Assembly: GCA_963708065.1 (NCBI GenBank)
Contig: CAVPRZ010000004.1
Location: forward strand, 511,863-575,862
Length of the DNA: 64,000 nucleotides
Direction: 5' to 3'
Origin: an uncultured Chloroflexia bacterium
GTDB taxonomy: Bacteria; Chloroflexota; Limnocylindria; Limnocylindrales; CSP1-4
Shown here piece by piece: positions 34,118-45,780 of this stretch (its first letter is position 1; the number at the start of each line of letters is the position of its first letter). A model generated the notes under the pieces. That model saw nothing but the letters and a program-made list of their open reading frames with translations. It had not been told where the DNA came from and searched no databases. A program made the position numbers and the translations under genes.

Positions 34118-35131
34118 TCAGCCCGGGCGCTCGACCGCGAAGAGCGTGGCTCCCGAAGGCAGCTCGATCGCCTCCGGGGTCGGGACGTCCGCGTCCTCGA
34201 ACTGGGCCAGGTACCCGGCGAGGTCCCAGATCCGGGTGCCCTGGTAGAGCTCGTCGATCTGGATCCCCCAGACCATCGCGCCGTGGAGCGAGCGCGACTC
34301 CTCGACCGTCGGCGGGAGGCACCAGTCGAGGACGACGAGCCGGCCGGCCGGCCGGACCGCCGCCCACGCCGCCCGCAGGGCGGCGACCGGATCGGGCAGC
34401 TCGTGCAGCGCGTCCTGGAAGTAGACGAGGTCGAACTCGGCCTCGAACGGGAGCGACGCCGGGTCGCGGTTCTCGATCGAGATCCGGTCCCCGAGCCCGG
34501 CCTCGGCCACGTGACGGAGCGCCCGGCCGACCGAATCCGACTCGAACTCCACGCCGACGAGGGTCGTCTCCGGGAACCGCCGGGCCAGCGCGATGAGCCA
34601 CCGGCCGCCACCGCAGGCGACATCGAGGACACGCCCGCCGGCCGCGAGCGCGGCCGCTAGCTCGGGCAGCGCCGCGAGCCCCTCCTGGAAGAACACGGCG
34701 ATGTCCTGGGCCGTGACCGCCTCGATCGCTCGATGGAACCGGGCCGGCCGCTCGGGGATCGTCCGACCGGTCCGGAAGTACTCGGCCAGGCGCTCGTAAT
34801 CGAGGCTGCTCACGACCGTCGACACGAACTGGCCGCCGAGGAACTCCGGCCGGTCGTTGTCGAGGAGGATCGTCATGACCTCGTCGACCCCGCGAACCCG
34901 TTTCCCGTCGAACGAGACGAGCTCGACGGCGTCGGCCAGCCGGACCCAGGCCTCGACCGGCTCGACGAGGCAGCGGCTGGCGAGCGCGAGCTCGTCGGGC
35001 GGGATCCCGCCCGGACCGGCATCCCGGATCCGTGCGAACAGGCCGAGCTCGAGCCCGAGATACGCCGCCCACGACGTGTAGAACCCGCCGAGGCTGCCGG
35101 CCAGCTCGTCGAAGCGACGGTCGATCGACAT
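34118..35131 (-). CDS. Class I SAM-dependent methyltransferase with N-terminal winged helix
   Basis: VLDVACGGG, FDLVYFQDALHE and LVVLDW motifs. Confidence 0.88.
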   Translation of the reverse strand: MSIDRRFDELAGSLGGFYTSWAAYLGLELGLFARIRDAGPGGIPPDELALASRCLVEPVEAWVRLADAVELVSFDGKRVRGVDEVMTILLDNDRPEFLGGQFVSTVVSSLDYERLAEYFRTGRTIPERPARFHRAIEAVTAQDIAVFFQEGLAALPELAAALAAGGRVLDVACGGGRWLIALARRFPETTLVGVEFESDSVGRALRHVAEAGLGDRISIENRDPASLPFEAEFDLVYFQDALHELPDPVAALRAAWAAVRPAGRLVVLDWCLPPTVEESRSLHGAMVWGIQIDELYQGTRIWDLAGYLAQFEDADVPTPEAIELPSGATLFAVERPG

Positions 35132-35223
35132 AGCCCGGATTGTCGCATGCGGCGTTGCCCGGACGAGTTCGAGACGCCGACCGGACGAGATCCAAACAAC
35201 CCGCTCCTGCGAAGTAGCAAGTG

Positions 35224-35239
35224 ACACCGGATCCGGTGT
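35224..35239. promoter_or_regulatory. Perfect 16-bp palindrome in divergent promoter region (possible operator)
   Basis: ACACCGGATCCGGTGT. Confidence 0.4.
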
Positions 35240-35279
35240 ACGATCCACCCGTCCGGCACGCGCCCAGAGGAGCCACCCG

Positions 35280-37353
35280 ATGCGAACCCTCGCCCGCCCC
35301 ATCGGCCTCGGCCTGGCGGCACGGGGCGACGTCGATGACGTCGTCCGCTGGGCGCGCGCGGCGCGCGACGGTGGGCTCGAGTCGATCTGGATCCACGACT
35401 CCTACTTCGAGCGCGACGCGATCAGCTTCGGCAGCGCCGTCGCGAGCGCCCTGGCCGGGGACGGCGAGGACGACGGCGAGGCCGGCTTCCGGGTGGCGCT
35501 CGGGGCCGTGAACCCGTTCACCCGGCACCCGGTCGTGCTGGCGATGACCGGCTCGGCCCTCGACGAGATCCTGCCCGGCCGGATCGTGATGGGGCTCGGG
35601 ACCGGGCTCCCCCTCCGGCTCAAGCAGATGGGCATCCCCTACGAGCCGGAGGCGGCGGTCGCGCGGGTGTCGGAGACGATCGACCAGCTGCGCGCGCTGT
35701 GGGCGGGCGAGCGGCTGCCGTCGGCCACGCCGGGCCTGCCCCCGATCCAGCCGATGTTCCCGCCGACCCACCGGATCCCGCTCGTCATCGCCGCCTACCG
35801 GCGCGAGTTCGTCGCCCTCGCCGGTCAGAAGGCCGACGGCTACCTGGCCCGGCCGGCCGAGTCGATCCCGTCGCTCCGTGGGATCCTCGAGCGCCTCCGC
35901 GCGGCCGCCATCGAGGCCGGACGCGATCCGGCCGCGATCGAGACGGCCGGCTATCTCCTGTCGCTCGTCGACGAGACCCGGCGCGAGGCGCTGAACCGGG
36001 CAAAGCGCGAGCCGTTCGTCATCTACATGATGTCGGTCCTGTCGGACGTCTCGCTCCGGCGGGCCGGCTTCGAGGCCGAGCTGCGCGACCGGATCGCGGC
36101 CGCCTGGCGGGCGGAGGACTACACGACCGCCGGGAACCTCATCCCGGACGAGCTCCTCGACGCGTTCATGCTGTGCGGGACCCGCGAGGACGTCGCGGCG
36201 AAGGCGATGGCGTTCCACGCCGAGGCGGGCCTCGGGCTGCCGCTCCTCCAGCCGGTCCTCCAGGAGGATCGCCAGGTCGACGAGCTGATCGCGGCGGCCT
36301 CGCTCTACGCGGCGCTGCCGGCACCGGCCGGGAGCCGCGCGGTCGAGCGGCCCGCCGTCGTCGGGGCGTCGGGACCGGCGGCGGAGGTGGCGCTCGGAGC
36401 CGGGGGCGGGCTGGCCGACGATCGCCGGCTCGGGACCGGGTCGTGGCTCCGGCGGCGTGCCGGCGCGACCTGGGAGATCCTGCGCCCGTTCGCCTACACG
36501 GCCTCGGTCATCCCGGTCCTCGCCGGGGCGGCCCTTGCCGCCGTCGACGGCCTGTTCTCATGGGGTCCGTTCATCGCCGCGCTCATCGGAGGGGTCCTCC
36601 TCCACACCGGGACGAACATCGTCAACGAGATCTACGACGTCCGCCAGGGGATCGACACGATCACCTCGCCGCGGGCCAGCCACGCGATCGTGAAGGGCCG
36701 CCTCACCGAGCGCGGGGCGTACGCGATCGCCCTGGCCGCGTTCGCCCTGGCCGTCGTCGTCGGGCTCTACCTCGTCGGCGCTGCGCGGGCCGGCGATCGT
36801 GGTCCTCGGGCTGATCGGGCTGGCCGGGGGCTACTTCTACACGGCGCCGCCGTTCCAGTTCAAGTTCCACGCGCTCGGGGTCCCGCTCGTGTTCGTGCTC
36901 ATGGGCCCGCTCATGGTCGTCGGCTCGTACTTCGCGATCAGCGGGGCCTGGTCGGTCACCGCGCTCATCGTGTCGATCCCGGTCGGCTGCCTGGTGGCGG
37001 CGATCCTCCACGGCAACGAGTGGCGCGACATCAGCGAGGACACCCGGGCCGGGATCGTGACCCTGTCGTCGCGGATCGGGCGCGAGTGGGCCCACTACTC
37101 GTACGTCGGGCTCGTCCTCGCCGCCTACATCAGCCTCGGGCTGACGGTAGCCGTCGGCCTCGTCCCGGCGACCACGATGATCGCGATCGCCTCGCTGCCG
37201 TACCTCGTCCGGGTGATCCGGGCGGCCGAGCTCGGCGCGAGCGGCCAGGCCCGGGCGATCGCCATGATCGACCTGCGGACGGCCCAGCTCCACCTCGCCT
37301 TCGGCGGCATGCTCGTGGCCGGGATCCTCCTGTCCGGGGTTCCCCGTGGCTGA
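35280..37353 (+). CDS. LLM-class flavin/F420 oxidoreductase fused to MenA/UbiA-type prenyltransferase (frameshift near 36780)
   Basis: N-terminal ESIWIHDSYFERD, NPFTRHPVVLA, GRIVMGLGTG; C-terminal LRPFAYTAS, NEIYDVRQGID, NEWRDISEDTRAG. Confidence 0.85.
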
Positions 37354-38065
37354 GGCTTCGGCCGGGCCGGTCCTCGAGCGGCCGGACGACCGGCCGGGCC
37401 CGCTCGCCCTGGCCGTCGGGCTTGGCGCGGCGGCAGCCGCGTTCGGCGCGGTCTTCAGCGGCCCGCGCGAGCGGTTCTGGAGCCGGATGACCCTGACCGG
37501 GCTCGGCCTCGGTGGCTGGGCGCTGCTGACGAGCCGGCCGGCCCGGCGGATCGAGTTCGGACCGTGGCGGATCCTCGCCGGCCTGTGCTCGGCCGCCGTC
37601 CTGTACCTCACCTTCGGCCTCGGCGACCGGTTCGCCCGGCGCTTCGTCCCGGGCGGCGACGCCGAGATCCGCGAGATCTACGCGCTCCGGACGCTCCGCC
37701 CGCGCCCCGAGATCGCCGCCCGGCTCGCCTTCGTCATCGGACCCGCGGAGGAGATGTTCTGGCGCGGTCTCGTCCAGGCCGCGCTGATGCGCCGGTTCGG
37801 GCGCTGGCGGGGTTCCGCGCTCGCGACGGCGGCCTACGGTGGCGTCCACGTCACGAGCGGCAACTTCACCCTGCTCGGCGCGGCGACCACCGCCGGCGCC
37901 CACTGGTGCCTGCTCTACGCGCTCGGGGCTCCGCTCGGGGCGCTCGTCGTGAGCCACGTCGCCTGGGACATCTGGATCTTCCTCGTCCAGCCGACCGGCG
38001 AGATCGAGGCGATCGACCCGGCCGGGCGGCTCGTCGCGCTACGGGTCGACCCGGCGGCCGCCTGA
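37346..38065 (+). CDS. CPBP (Abi/Rce1-like) intramembrane glutamic protease
   Basis: PAEEMFWRG, YGGVH and SHVAWD motifs. Confidence 0.88.
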   Translation: MAEASAGPVLERPDDRPGPLALAVGLGAAAAAFGAVFSGPRERFWSRMTLTGLGLGGWALLTSRPARRIEFGPWRILAGLCSAAVLYLTFGLGDRFARRFVPGGDAEIREIYALRTLRPRPEIAARLAFVIGPAEEMFWRGLVQAALMRRFGRWRGSALATAAYGGVHVTSGNFTLLGAATTAGAHWCLLYALGAPLGALVVSHVAWDIWIFLVQPTGEIEAIDPAGRLVALRVDPAAA

Positions 38066-38142
38066 GGAACGGGCGAACCGGGTCCCGCCCCGGGCGAGAT
38101 CGGCCCTCGGACGCCGTCCCAGGCCACGGCCCGCGGCCGGGA

Positions 38143-38170
38143 TGCAACCGGCCGGGACCGCGGCGTGTTA
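38143..38170 (+). promoter_or_regulatory. ECF-type promoter (TGCAACC...CGTGTTA), likely autoregulatory
   Basis: AAC-containing -35 and CGT-containing -10 just upstream of the ECF sigma gene. Confidence 0.45.
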
Positions 38171-38180
38171 TGAACCGGTG

Positions 38181-38852
38181 ATGGACGACACGACGCTCCT
38201 GGCCGCCCTCGCCGCCGACCTCGACGCGGCCTTCGAGTCGCTCGTCCGCGCCCGCCAGGACCGGCTCTACTCGATCGCCCTGCGCCTGCTCGGCGACCCG
38301 GACGAGGCGGAGGATGCCGCCCAGGACACGTTCGTCCGGGCCTACCGGGCGCTCGGGACGTGGGATCGGACGCGGATCCTCGATCTGCGCCTCGACGCGT
38401 GGCTGGCCACGATCGTCGTCAACGCCGCGCGGACACGGCTCCGCCGGCGGGGGTCCGGCGGGCGACGCGAGTCGCTGACGTTCCTCGACGAGCTCGACCA
38501 CCCCGCCGCCGCCCGATCCGAGGGCCCCGAGGCGCACCTGGCGCGGCGCGAGGCCGAGACGGCCTGGTCCGTCCGGCTGCTCGCCCTGCCCGAGCGCTAT
38601 CGAGCGCCGATCGTGCTCCGCCACGTCGACGGCCTCGGCTACGACGAGATCGCCGTGGTCCTCGAGCGGCCCGAGGGCACGGTCAAGGCGCAGGTCCATC
38701 GCGGGCTGGCCCTGCTTCGGGCGATGGTCGAGGCCGAGGCTCGCGCCGACCAGGGGCCGACCACCCGACCGATCCCGCCGGGCAACCTGCCCGATGCCCC
38801 CGACCAGACGATGGCCGGCCGCTCACCCGAGCTCCAGGAGATCCGACGATGA
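38181..38852 (+). CDS. ECF RNA polymerase sigma factor
   Basis: AEDAAQDTFVRAY, AWLATIVVN and GYDEIAVVLERPEGTVKAQVHRG motifs. Confidence 0.92.
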   Translation: MDDTTLLAALAADLDAAFESLVRARQDRLYSIALRLLGDPDEAEDAAQDTFVRAYRALGTWDRTRILDLRLDAWLATIVVNAARTRLRRRGSGGRRESLTFLDELDHPAAARSEGPEAHLARREAETAWSVRLLALPERYRAPIVLRHVDGLGYDEIAVVLERPEGTVKAQVHRGLALLRAMVEAEARADQGPTTRPIPPGNLPDAPDQTMAGRSPELQEIRR

Positions 38853-39661
38853 CCGCCCCGCTCAGCCCGCCCTCCGACGCCGCCCTGGCGGCCGACCTGG
38901 CGTCCCTCTCGACGACCGCTCCCGAAACGCTCCTGCCGCGGTCGCTCATCGCGGTCGGGCTGGCCGACGCCTACGCCGCCATCGACTCGCCGATCGGGCC
39001 GCTGTTCGTCGCCTTCAACGGGCTCGGCGTGGCTGCCGTCGAGCAGGCCCCCGACGGGGCCGCGTTCGAGCGTTTGCACGTCGAGCGGTTCGGACGTCCG
39101 GCGTACCGTGTCGCGACCCTGCCGGCCCGGCTCGCGCATGCGATCGACCGGCGCCTGGGCGGCGACCGCCGGGCACGGATCGCGCTTGACCTGCGCGGCA
39201 GGAGCGCGTTCGAGCGCGACGTCTGGACGAAGGCGCTCGAGATCCCGCGCGGCGAGGTCCGCCCGTACGGCTGGATCGCCGCGGAGATCGGGCGGCCGAA
39301 GGCGGTTCGGGCGGTCGGGACCGCCCTCGGGCACAACCCCGTCCCGCTCATCGTGCCCTGCCACCGGGTCGTCCGGAGCGATGGCCTGATCGGCAACTAC
39401 TCGCTCGGCGGCCCGGCCAACAAGCGGACGATCCTGTCGGCCGAGGGGCTCGACCCGGACGAGCTGGAGTCGCTCGCCCGGGCCGGGATCCGCTACGTCG
39501 GCTCGGACACGACGAAGATCTACTGCCTGCCGTCGTGCCACGCCGCGCGGCGGGTCACCGAGCGCCACCGGGTCGAGTTCCACTCGGCGGCCGAGGGCCA
39601 CCGCGCGGGCTACCGCGCCTGCCGCCTGTGCCGGCCGTCCTCGGTCACGGTCGCGGCCTAG
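38849..39661 (+). CDS. ogt: Methylated-DNA-protein-cysteine methyltransferase with C-terminal Ada Zn-binding domain
   Basis: RAVGTALGHNP.PLIVPCHRVV active site; C-terminal TTKIYCLPSC...GYRACRLCRP. Confidence 0.92.
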   Translation: MTAPLSPPSDAALAADLASLSTTAPETLLPRSLIAVGLADAYAAIDSPIGPLFVAFNGLGVAAVEQAPDGAAFERLHVERFGRPAYRVATLPARLAHAIDRRLGGDRRARIALDLRGRSAFERDVWTKALEIPRGEVRPYGWIAAEIGRPKAVRAVGTALGHNPVPLIVPCHRVVRSDGLIGNYSLGGPANKRTILSAEGLDPDELESLARAGIRYVGSDTTKIYCLPSCHAARRVTERHRVEFHSAAEGHRAGYRACRLCRPSSVTVAA

Positions 39662-39719
39662 CACCGACTTCGCCCCGCGCGTCCTGCAACCCCGCGGCAT
39701 CACGGGGTATGCTGCGGAC

Positions 39720-40769
39720 TTGGACCAGTTGACTGAGCCAAAGACCACGACGCGCCGCGCCAGCGCGAGCCCGCTCGCGATCTGGGCCGGGCTCCTGACG
39801 ATCTACTTCGTGTGGGGCTCGACCTACATCGGGATCCGGGTCAGCGTCGAGTCCATCCCACCGTTCCTGATGGCCGCGACCCGGTTCCTCATCGCCGGGA
39901 CGCTCCTCCTCGCCTGGGAGGTCGTCGCGGCCTGGCGGATCCGCCGGGACGCCACCGTCGCGCAGGACGAGCGGCCGGCGCTGCCGACCCGCCGGGAATG
40001 GCGCGACTCGGCCATCGTCGGTGGGCTCCTCCTCTTCGGCGGGATGGGCATGGTCGCCCTGGGCGAGAAGACGGTCCCGGCCGGGATCGCCGCGATCCTC
40101 ATCGCGCTGCTCCCGGTCTGGGTTGCCGTCCTCGGCCGGATCTTCTTCGGCGAGCGCCTTCCGGCCGTCGCGATCCTGGGCATCGTCATCGGACTCGTCG
40201 GCGTCATCGTCCTGGTCGGCCCGATCGGCACCGGTGGCGGGCTCGCGTTCGACACGTTCGGGATCGCCTGCCTGCTGCTCTCGCCGATCTGCTGGGGCAC
40301 CGGCTCGCTCTTCTCGTCACATCGGGCGGTCCTCCCGCGGCGTCCGCTCACCGCGACCGGGCTCCAGATGATCTGTGGCGGGGCGCTCCTGCTGATCGGC
40401 TCGGTCCTCGTCGGCGAGCTCGCCACGTTCGACGTCGCGGCGGTCACCTCCCGATCCTGGCTCGGGCTCATCTACCTCACGACCGTCGGCAGCCTCGTCG
40501 GCTTCACGACCTACGTCTGGCTCCTCCGGGTCGCGCCGCTCCCGAAGATCGCGACCTACGCCTACGTCAACCCGGTCGTCGCGTTCGTCCTGGCCGGGAT
40601 CCTGCTCGGCGAGGCGATCGAGCCACGGACCGTCCTGGCCGGAGGGATCATCGTCTTCGCGGTGGCGCTCATCGTGACGGCCCGGAGCCGCGTCAGCCGG
40701 TCCACGGAGACGAGGCTCGCTCCAGAGGGCACGACCGGCGGCTCGGCGGTGCCGATCTATCCGGACTGA
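39720..40769 (+). CDS. EamA/DMT family transporter (YedA-like)
   Basis: IYFVWGSTY and YAYVNPVVA motifs; about 10 TM helices. Confidence 0.92.
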   Translation: MDQLTEPKTTTRRASASPLAIWAGLLTIYFVWGSTYIGIRVSVESIPPFLMAATRFLIAGTLLLAWEVVAAWRIRRDATVAQDERPALPTRREWRDSAIVGGLLLFGGMGMVALGEKTVPAGIAAILIALLPVWVAVLGRIFFGERLPAVAILGIVIGLVGVIVLVGPIGTGGGLAFDTFGIACLLLSPICWGTGSLFSSHRAVLPRRPLTATGLQMICGGALLLIGSVLVGELATFDVAAVTSRSWLGLIYLTTVGSLVGFTTYVWLLRVAPLPKIATYAYVNPVVAFVLAGILLGEAIEPRTVLAGGIIVFAVALIVTARSRVSRSTETRLAPEGTTGGSAVPIYPD

Positions 40770-40799
40770 AGTCCGCCCACCTGGGCGGTCGGGTCGATC

Positions 40800-42924
40800 T
40801 CAGCCCTCGGCCAGGACCGTCCGAGACACCCGCCTGGCGAGCGCCATCGCCGTGAGCATCGGGTTGACGCCGAGCCCGGTCGGGAAGAGCGACGTGTCGG
40901 CGACGTAGAGGCCGGGCACGATCGCATCCCGCCCACGGGATCCCGAGCGAACCCGGCCGGCCGGGTCGCAGGCGTGGGTCCGCGGGTCCGCCCCGAACCG
41001 CGCCGTGCCCATCTGATGGGCGCTGAACACGGAGCCCCGGTTCGGCCCGAAGTCGAACCGGCCGAGCTCGCCGACGAAGCGATCGAATGCGCGGGGTCTC
41101 CTCGCCGGGCCCGAGCCCCTCCGAGCGGTGCCGGAGCGCGGGCGTGCCCAGGGCGATCATCTCGGGCGCCCCGGCCGCCCTGGCGATCCGGGCCATCGTC
41201 GCGAGCCCGTGGCGGAGCGTGGCCACCCCGACCCGGTCGAGCCGGTAGTCGATCCGGGCTCCCCCACCGGGTCGGGCGCGGACGCGCCCGGTTCCACCGT
41301 CGCGAGTGATCGCGATGAGCGGGGCGATGAAGCGCAGGCGGTCCATCAGCGCGGCGTGGGCCGCCCGCCCCTCCCACGGCAGCGCGAGCGCAATCAGGCC
41401 TGGATGACCGGGCGCCGATTCGACGGTATAGCCGTTCCGCCCGCGAATCCCGTCGACGAAGGCGAGCGACCGGGCCGCCTGGAGCGGTCCCCGCCACATC
41501 TCGATCGGCTCGGCATGGACCGCCGCGACGACGGATACCGGATGCACGAGCAGGTAGCTGCCGAGCGCCGGGTGGTCGATCCCCGACCGCTCGAGAACGA
41601 CGGGCGTGCGGAGCGCCCCGGCCGCGACGACGACCTGGTGGGCTCGTACGATCACCCGGCGGCGGGCCGTCGGGTAAGCCCCGATCGTCCTGGCCCGCGA
41701 CGATGATGTCGCCCACCCGACGGTCGCCTCGACGCCGACCGCGCGACCGTCCTCGATCAGGACCCGGTCGACGCGCGCGTCGACGAGGAAACGCGCTCCG
41801 AGTCGCGCCGCCGCCGCGAGGTGGGTCCGGAGCCCAGACTGCTTGCTTCCGGCTCGGCAGCCGAACGGGCACGAGCCGCAGGCCGCGCAACCACGGGCGT
41901 TGCGAAAGGTCGGGCCTGCGTCCATCTCCAGGGCCTGGGCGCCTCGGATCAGCATCGAGTCCTTCGGCGGGATCGGGGCGCTCTCGGTGACGGACAGCTC
42001 CAACGCGAGGGCGAGGTAGTCGGCGTCCGTCTCAAGCCCCTCGAAGCCGTCGATCCCGTGGGCCCGGGCCCACCCCTCCCGGACGGCGTCGGGTGCCTTC
42101 ACCGAGGTCATCCAGTTCACCGTCGTCCCTCCGCCGAGGCCTGCCCCGGCGAGGATCGACACGGCGCCGTCCCAGGAGGCCGTCAGCCCGTGGTCGAGGT
42201 ACAGCCGATCGAACGCGTCGAGCTCCGTCCGGGGCATCGCCGGCTCGGCCAGGAACGGGCCGGCCTCGAGGACGATCACCGACCGGCCGGCCTCGGCCAG
42301 CGCCTGGGCGACGACCCCGCCGCCGGCCCCCGAGCCGACGACCGCGACGTCGGCCTCGAGCACGACCGGATCGGCCACCTCGCCCGCGCCCGGTGGCAGG
42401 AGGGCGAGTGGCGCGATGGCCGTGGGTTCCGCCGTCAGGCCCGGATCGTCGCGCTCGTAGCCGATCTCGGCCCAGCGCGGGTTGACGACATCTCCATCGC
42501 CCGGATCCGCGTACGCCAGGAACGACAGCAGACGCCGGAACGCCTGGTAAGCCGACCGACGAAGCGCGAGCCGCGACCGACCCCAGCCCAGGAGATACGC
42601 CTCGCGGCCGGTCGGGTCGAGGTCGCCGAATCGGACCGGCCGGCCGGTCAGCGCGAGGTTGGCCGGGCGCGACTCGAGGAGGCGCAGGGCGAGCCGGAGC
42701 TGGCGCACCTGCGCCGAGTCGAGCCCGAGGTCGAGCGACTCCGCGGCGAGGACAGCCCGGCGCGACCCGCCGCCCGCGACGAACGCGTCCGAGAGCCGGG
42801 CCAGGGTCTGGAGCTCGACCGGAGTCCAACCGGCCGGAGCCGGTGGCGCTGCCGTGTCCGATCCACTACGGGCCGATGAGCCTGCCGAGTCCGATCCAGC
42901 CCCCTCGGAAGCCGGTCCGCTCAC
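40800..42924 (-). CDS. GMC family oxidoreductase (long-chain alcohol oxidase-like; frameshift near 41090)
   Basis: [31 protein letters not shown] and GVNPMLT motifs. Confidence 0.9.
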
Positions 42925-44137
42925 GAGGGCGGGGCGCCCCGCTCCCAGCCCTGGGCCGGCCAGGGCTCGCAGCGGAGCGGCCGGTCCTCGCGATAGCCGA
43001 GGGCGTAGTCGGCCTGGATGAGCGTGTGGAGCTGGCTCGTGCCCTCGTAGATGACGGCGGCCTTGGCGTTGCGCAGGTAGCGCTCGACCGGGAACTCGTT
43101 GCTGTAGCCGTTGGCGCCGTGGATCTGGATCGCGTCGAGCGCGGCCTGGACGGCGTGGTCGGTCGCGTGCCACTTGGCGAGGCTCGTCTCGCGCGTGTTG
43201 CGCAGGCCCTGGTTCTTGAGCCAGCCCGCCCGCCAGACGAGGAGCCGGCCCATCTCGGTCCCGCGCGCCATCGTGGCGATCATCTGCTTGACCAGCTGGT
43301 GGCGGCCGATCTCCTCGCCGAACGTCTGCCGCTCGTGGGCGTACTTGACGCTGGCGTCGAGGCAGGCCTGGGCCAGGCCGACCGCGCCGGCGGCCACGGT
43401 GTAGCGGCCCTGGTCGATCGCGCTCATCGCGATGAGGAAGCCCTCGCCCTCCTCGCCGAGCCGGTTCTCGACCGGCACCGCGCAGTCGTCGAGGTTGACC
43501 AGCCCGGTGTTGCCGGCCCGGATCCCGAGCTTGCCGTGGAGCGTGCCGGTCGTCAGGCCCTTGAACCCGCGCTCGACGATGAACGCCGTCACGCCCCGGT
43601 GCCGCTTCGCCCGGTCGACGGTCGCGAAGACGAGGAAGTGGTCGGCCAGGTCGGCCAGGCTGATCCACATCTTCTGGCCGTTGAGCAGGTACCGGTCGCC
43701 GTCGCGGCGGGCGGTCGTCTGGAGCGCTCCGGCGTCGGTGCCGACGCCGGGCTCGGTCAGCCCGAACGTGGCCAGCTTCTCGCCCCGGGCCTGGGGCACG
43801 AGGTAGCGCTGGCGCTGCTCCTCGGTCCCCCACTGGAGGAGCGTCAGCGAGTTCAGCCCGACGTGGACGCTCTGGACGACCCGGAACGCGGTGTCGGCCC
43901 GCTCGAGCTCCTCGCACAGGAGCGCGAAGCTGATGTAGTCCATCCCGGAGCCGCCGTAGGCCTCGGGGATCGGCGCGCCGAGGAAGCCGAGCTCGCCCAT
44001 CCGGGCGAAGACCTCGCGGTGGACCTCGCCCACGCTCGTCCCAGTCGCGGATGTTGGGCAGGATCTCGGCCTCGGCGAACGCCCGCGCCGACTGCTGCGA
44101 CGAGCCGGTTCTCGTCGGTCAGGCTGAAGTCGATCAC
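42921..44137 (-). CDS. Acyl-CoA dehydrogenase (N-terminal frameshifts)
   Basis: [34 protein letters not shown] and IYEGTSQ motifs. Confidence 0.92.
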
Positions 44138-44384
44138 GGACGGCGGTCCTCGTGGCGGTGGGTCGCGATCGGCGGGCGGTCGGCTCATTCTAGGGCCGCC
44201 CGTTCGAGGCAGACGAACCGTCCATGGTGTTCCGACGACCCATCCCACCCCTCCCGAACGGCCTCTCCGAGGGCGGCCGTCCGGCACGAGTCCGGGCTCG
44301 GGCGGCCCACCTATACTCGGGCCGCGAGACGCCCCGACCGCGCGCGATCCGCTCGCTCCGCTCCGTCGAACCGCCGAGGACCCC

Positions 44385-45686
44385 ATGGAAGAAGTCGAGA
44401 TCCTGGACGTCGCCGCCCCGTCCCACGAGTCGCCTCACCTCTCCCCGGTCCTGGGACGCTACTTCGAGCGAAGCTGGAGCCACGGTGAGGGGCATCGCCT
44501 GTACGACACGGCCGGCAGGGCCTACCTCGACTTCGCCAACGGGATCGCCGTCACGGCGCTCGGGCACCATCACCCGGCCGTCACCGCCGCGATCCACGCC
44601 CAGGTCGACCGGCTCATCGGCCCGACCGGGGCGATGGGCTACGCGAACCGGTCAAGATCCTCGCCCGGATGCTCGTCGCGACGCTCCCGCCGCCGATCGA
44701 CACGGTCTTCTTCCTGAACTCGGGCTCGGAGGCGATCGAGGCGGCCCTCAAGCTCGCCCGTCGGGCGACCGGCCGGCCGGCGATCATCGCCTTCCACGGG
44801 CGCCTTCCACGGCCGGACGCTCGGGGCGACCTCGGTCACGAGCTCCAGCCTCAACTACCGGGCGGGCTACGAGCCGCTCCTCCCGTCGGTCTACCTCACC
44901 CCGTTCCCGGCGGTCTACCGCGACTTCGGCGGCGACGAGGCGTTGGCCACGCGGACGTGCATGGACGCGCTCGAGCGCCTGACGAGCTCGGTGGTGCCGG
45001 CGGAGAGCGTGGCCGCGATCTTCATCGAGCCGGTCCAGGGCGAGGGCGGCTACCAGCCGGCTCCCCTCCCCTTCATGCGCCAGCTGCGCGCCTTCTGCGA
45101 CGCCCACGGGATCCTGCTCGTCGCCGACGAGGTCCAGACGGGTTACGCCCGGACCGGCCGGATGTGGGCGTTCGAGCACGCCGGGATCGTCCCGGATGCG
45201 GTCTGCATCGCGAAGGCGATCGCCAACGGGCTGCCGCTCTCGGCCCTGGCGACGAGTCGCGACCTCCAGGAGCGCTGGGGCAAGAGCGCCCACGGCACGA
45301 CGTACGGCGGCAACCCGGTCGCCTGCGCGGCCGGGATCGCCGTGCTCGACACGATCGAGCGCGAGGGCCTCGTGGCGAACGCCGCGGCGCGCGGGGCGGA
45401 GCTCCGGGCCGGCCTCGAGCGGTTCCAGGCCGAGGACACCCGGATCGGCGACGTCCGCGGACCGGGGCTCATGATCGGGGTCGAGTTCGTGGCCGATCGG
45501 GCGACGCGTGAGCCCGACGGCGAGCTCGCCGAGGCGATGGTCGCGGCCTGCGCGGACGACGGCCTGCTCGTCCTGTCGTGCGGCCCGGCCCACCAGGTCA
45601 TCCGCTGGATCCCGCCGATCGACGTGTCGGCCGCCGAGGTCGACGAGGCGCTCGCGATCTTCTGGGGTGCCCTCGGCAAGGTCTGA
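44385..45686 (+). CDS. Class-III aminotransferase (GabT-like; frameshifted)
   Basis: [42 protein letters not shown] and HGTTYGGNP motifs. Confidence 0.9.
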
Positions 45687-45780
45687 GGCGGGACGGCAAC
45701 GAGCGCCCGTCGGTCGACGGACGCTCGCGGAAGACGGACTCGAGTTGTGGCCGCCCGCTGCGGGGCGGCGACGGCGATCC

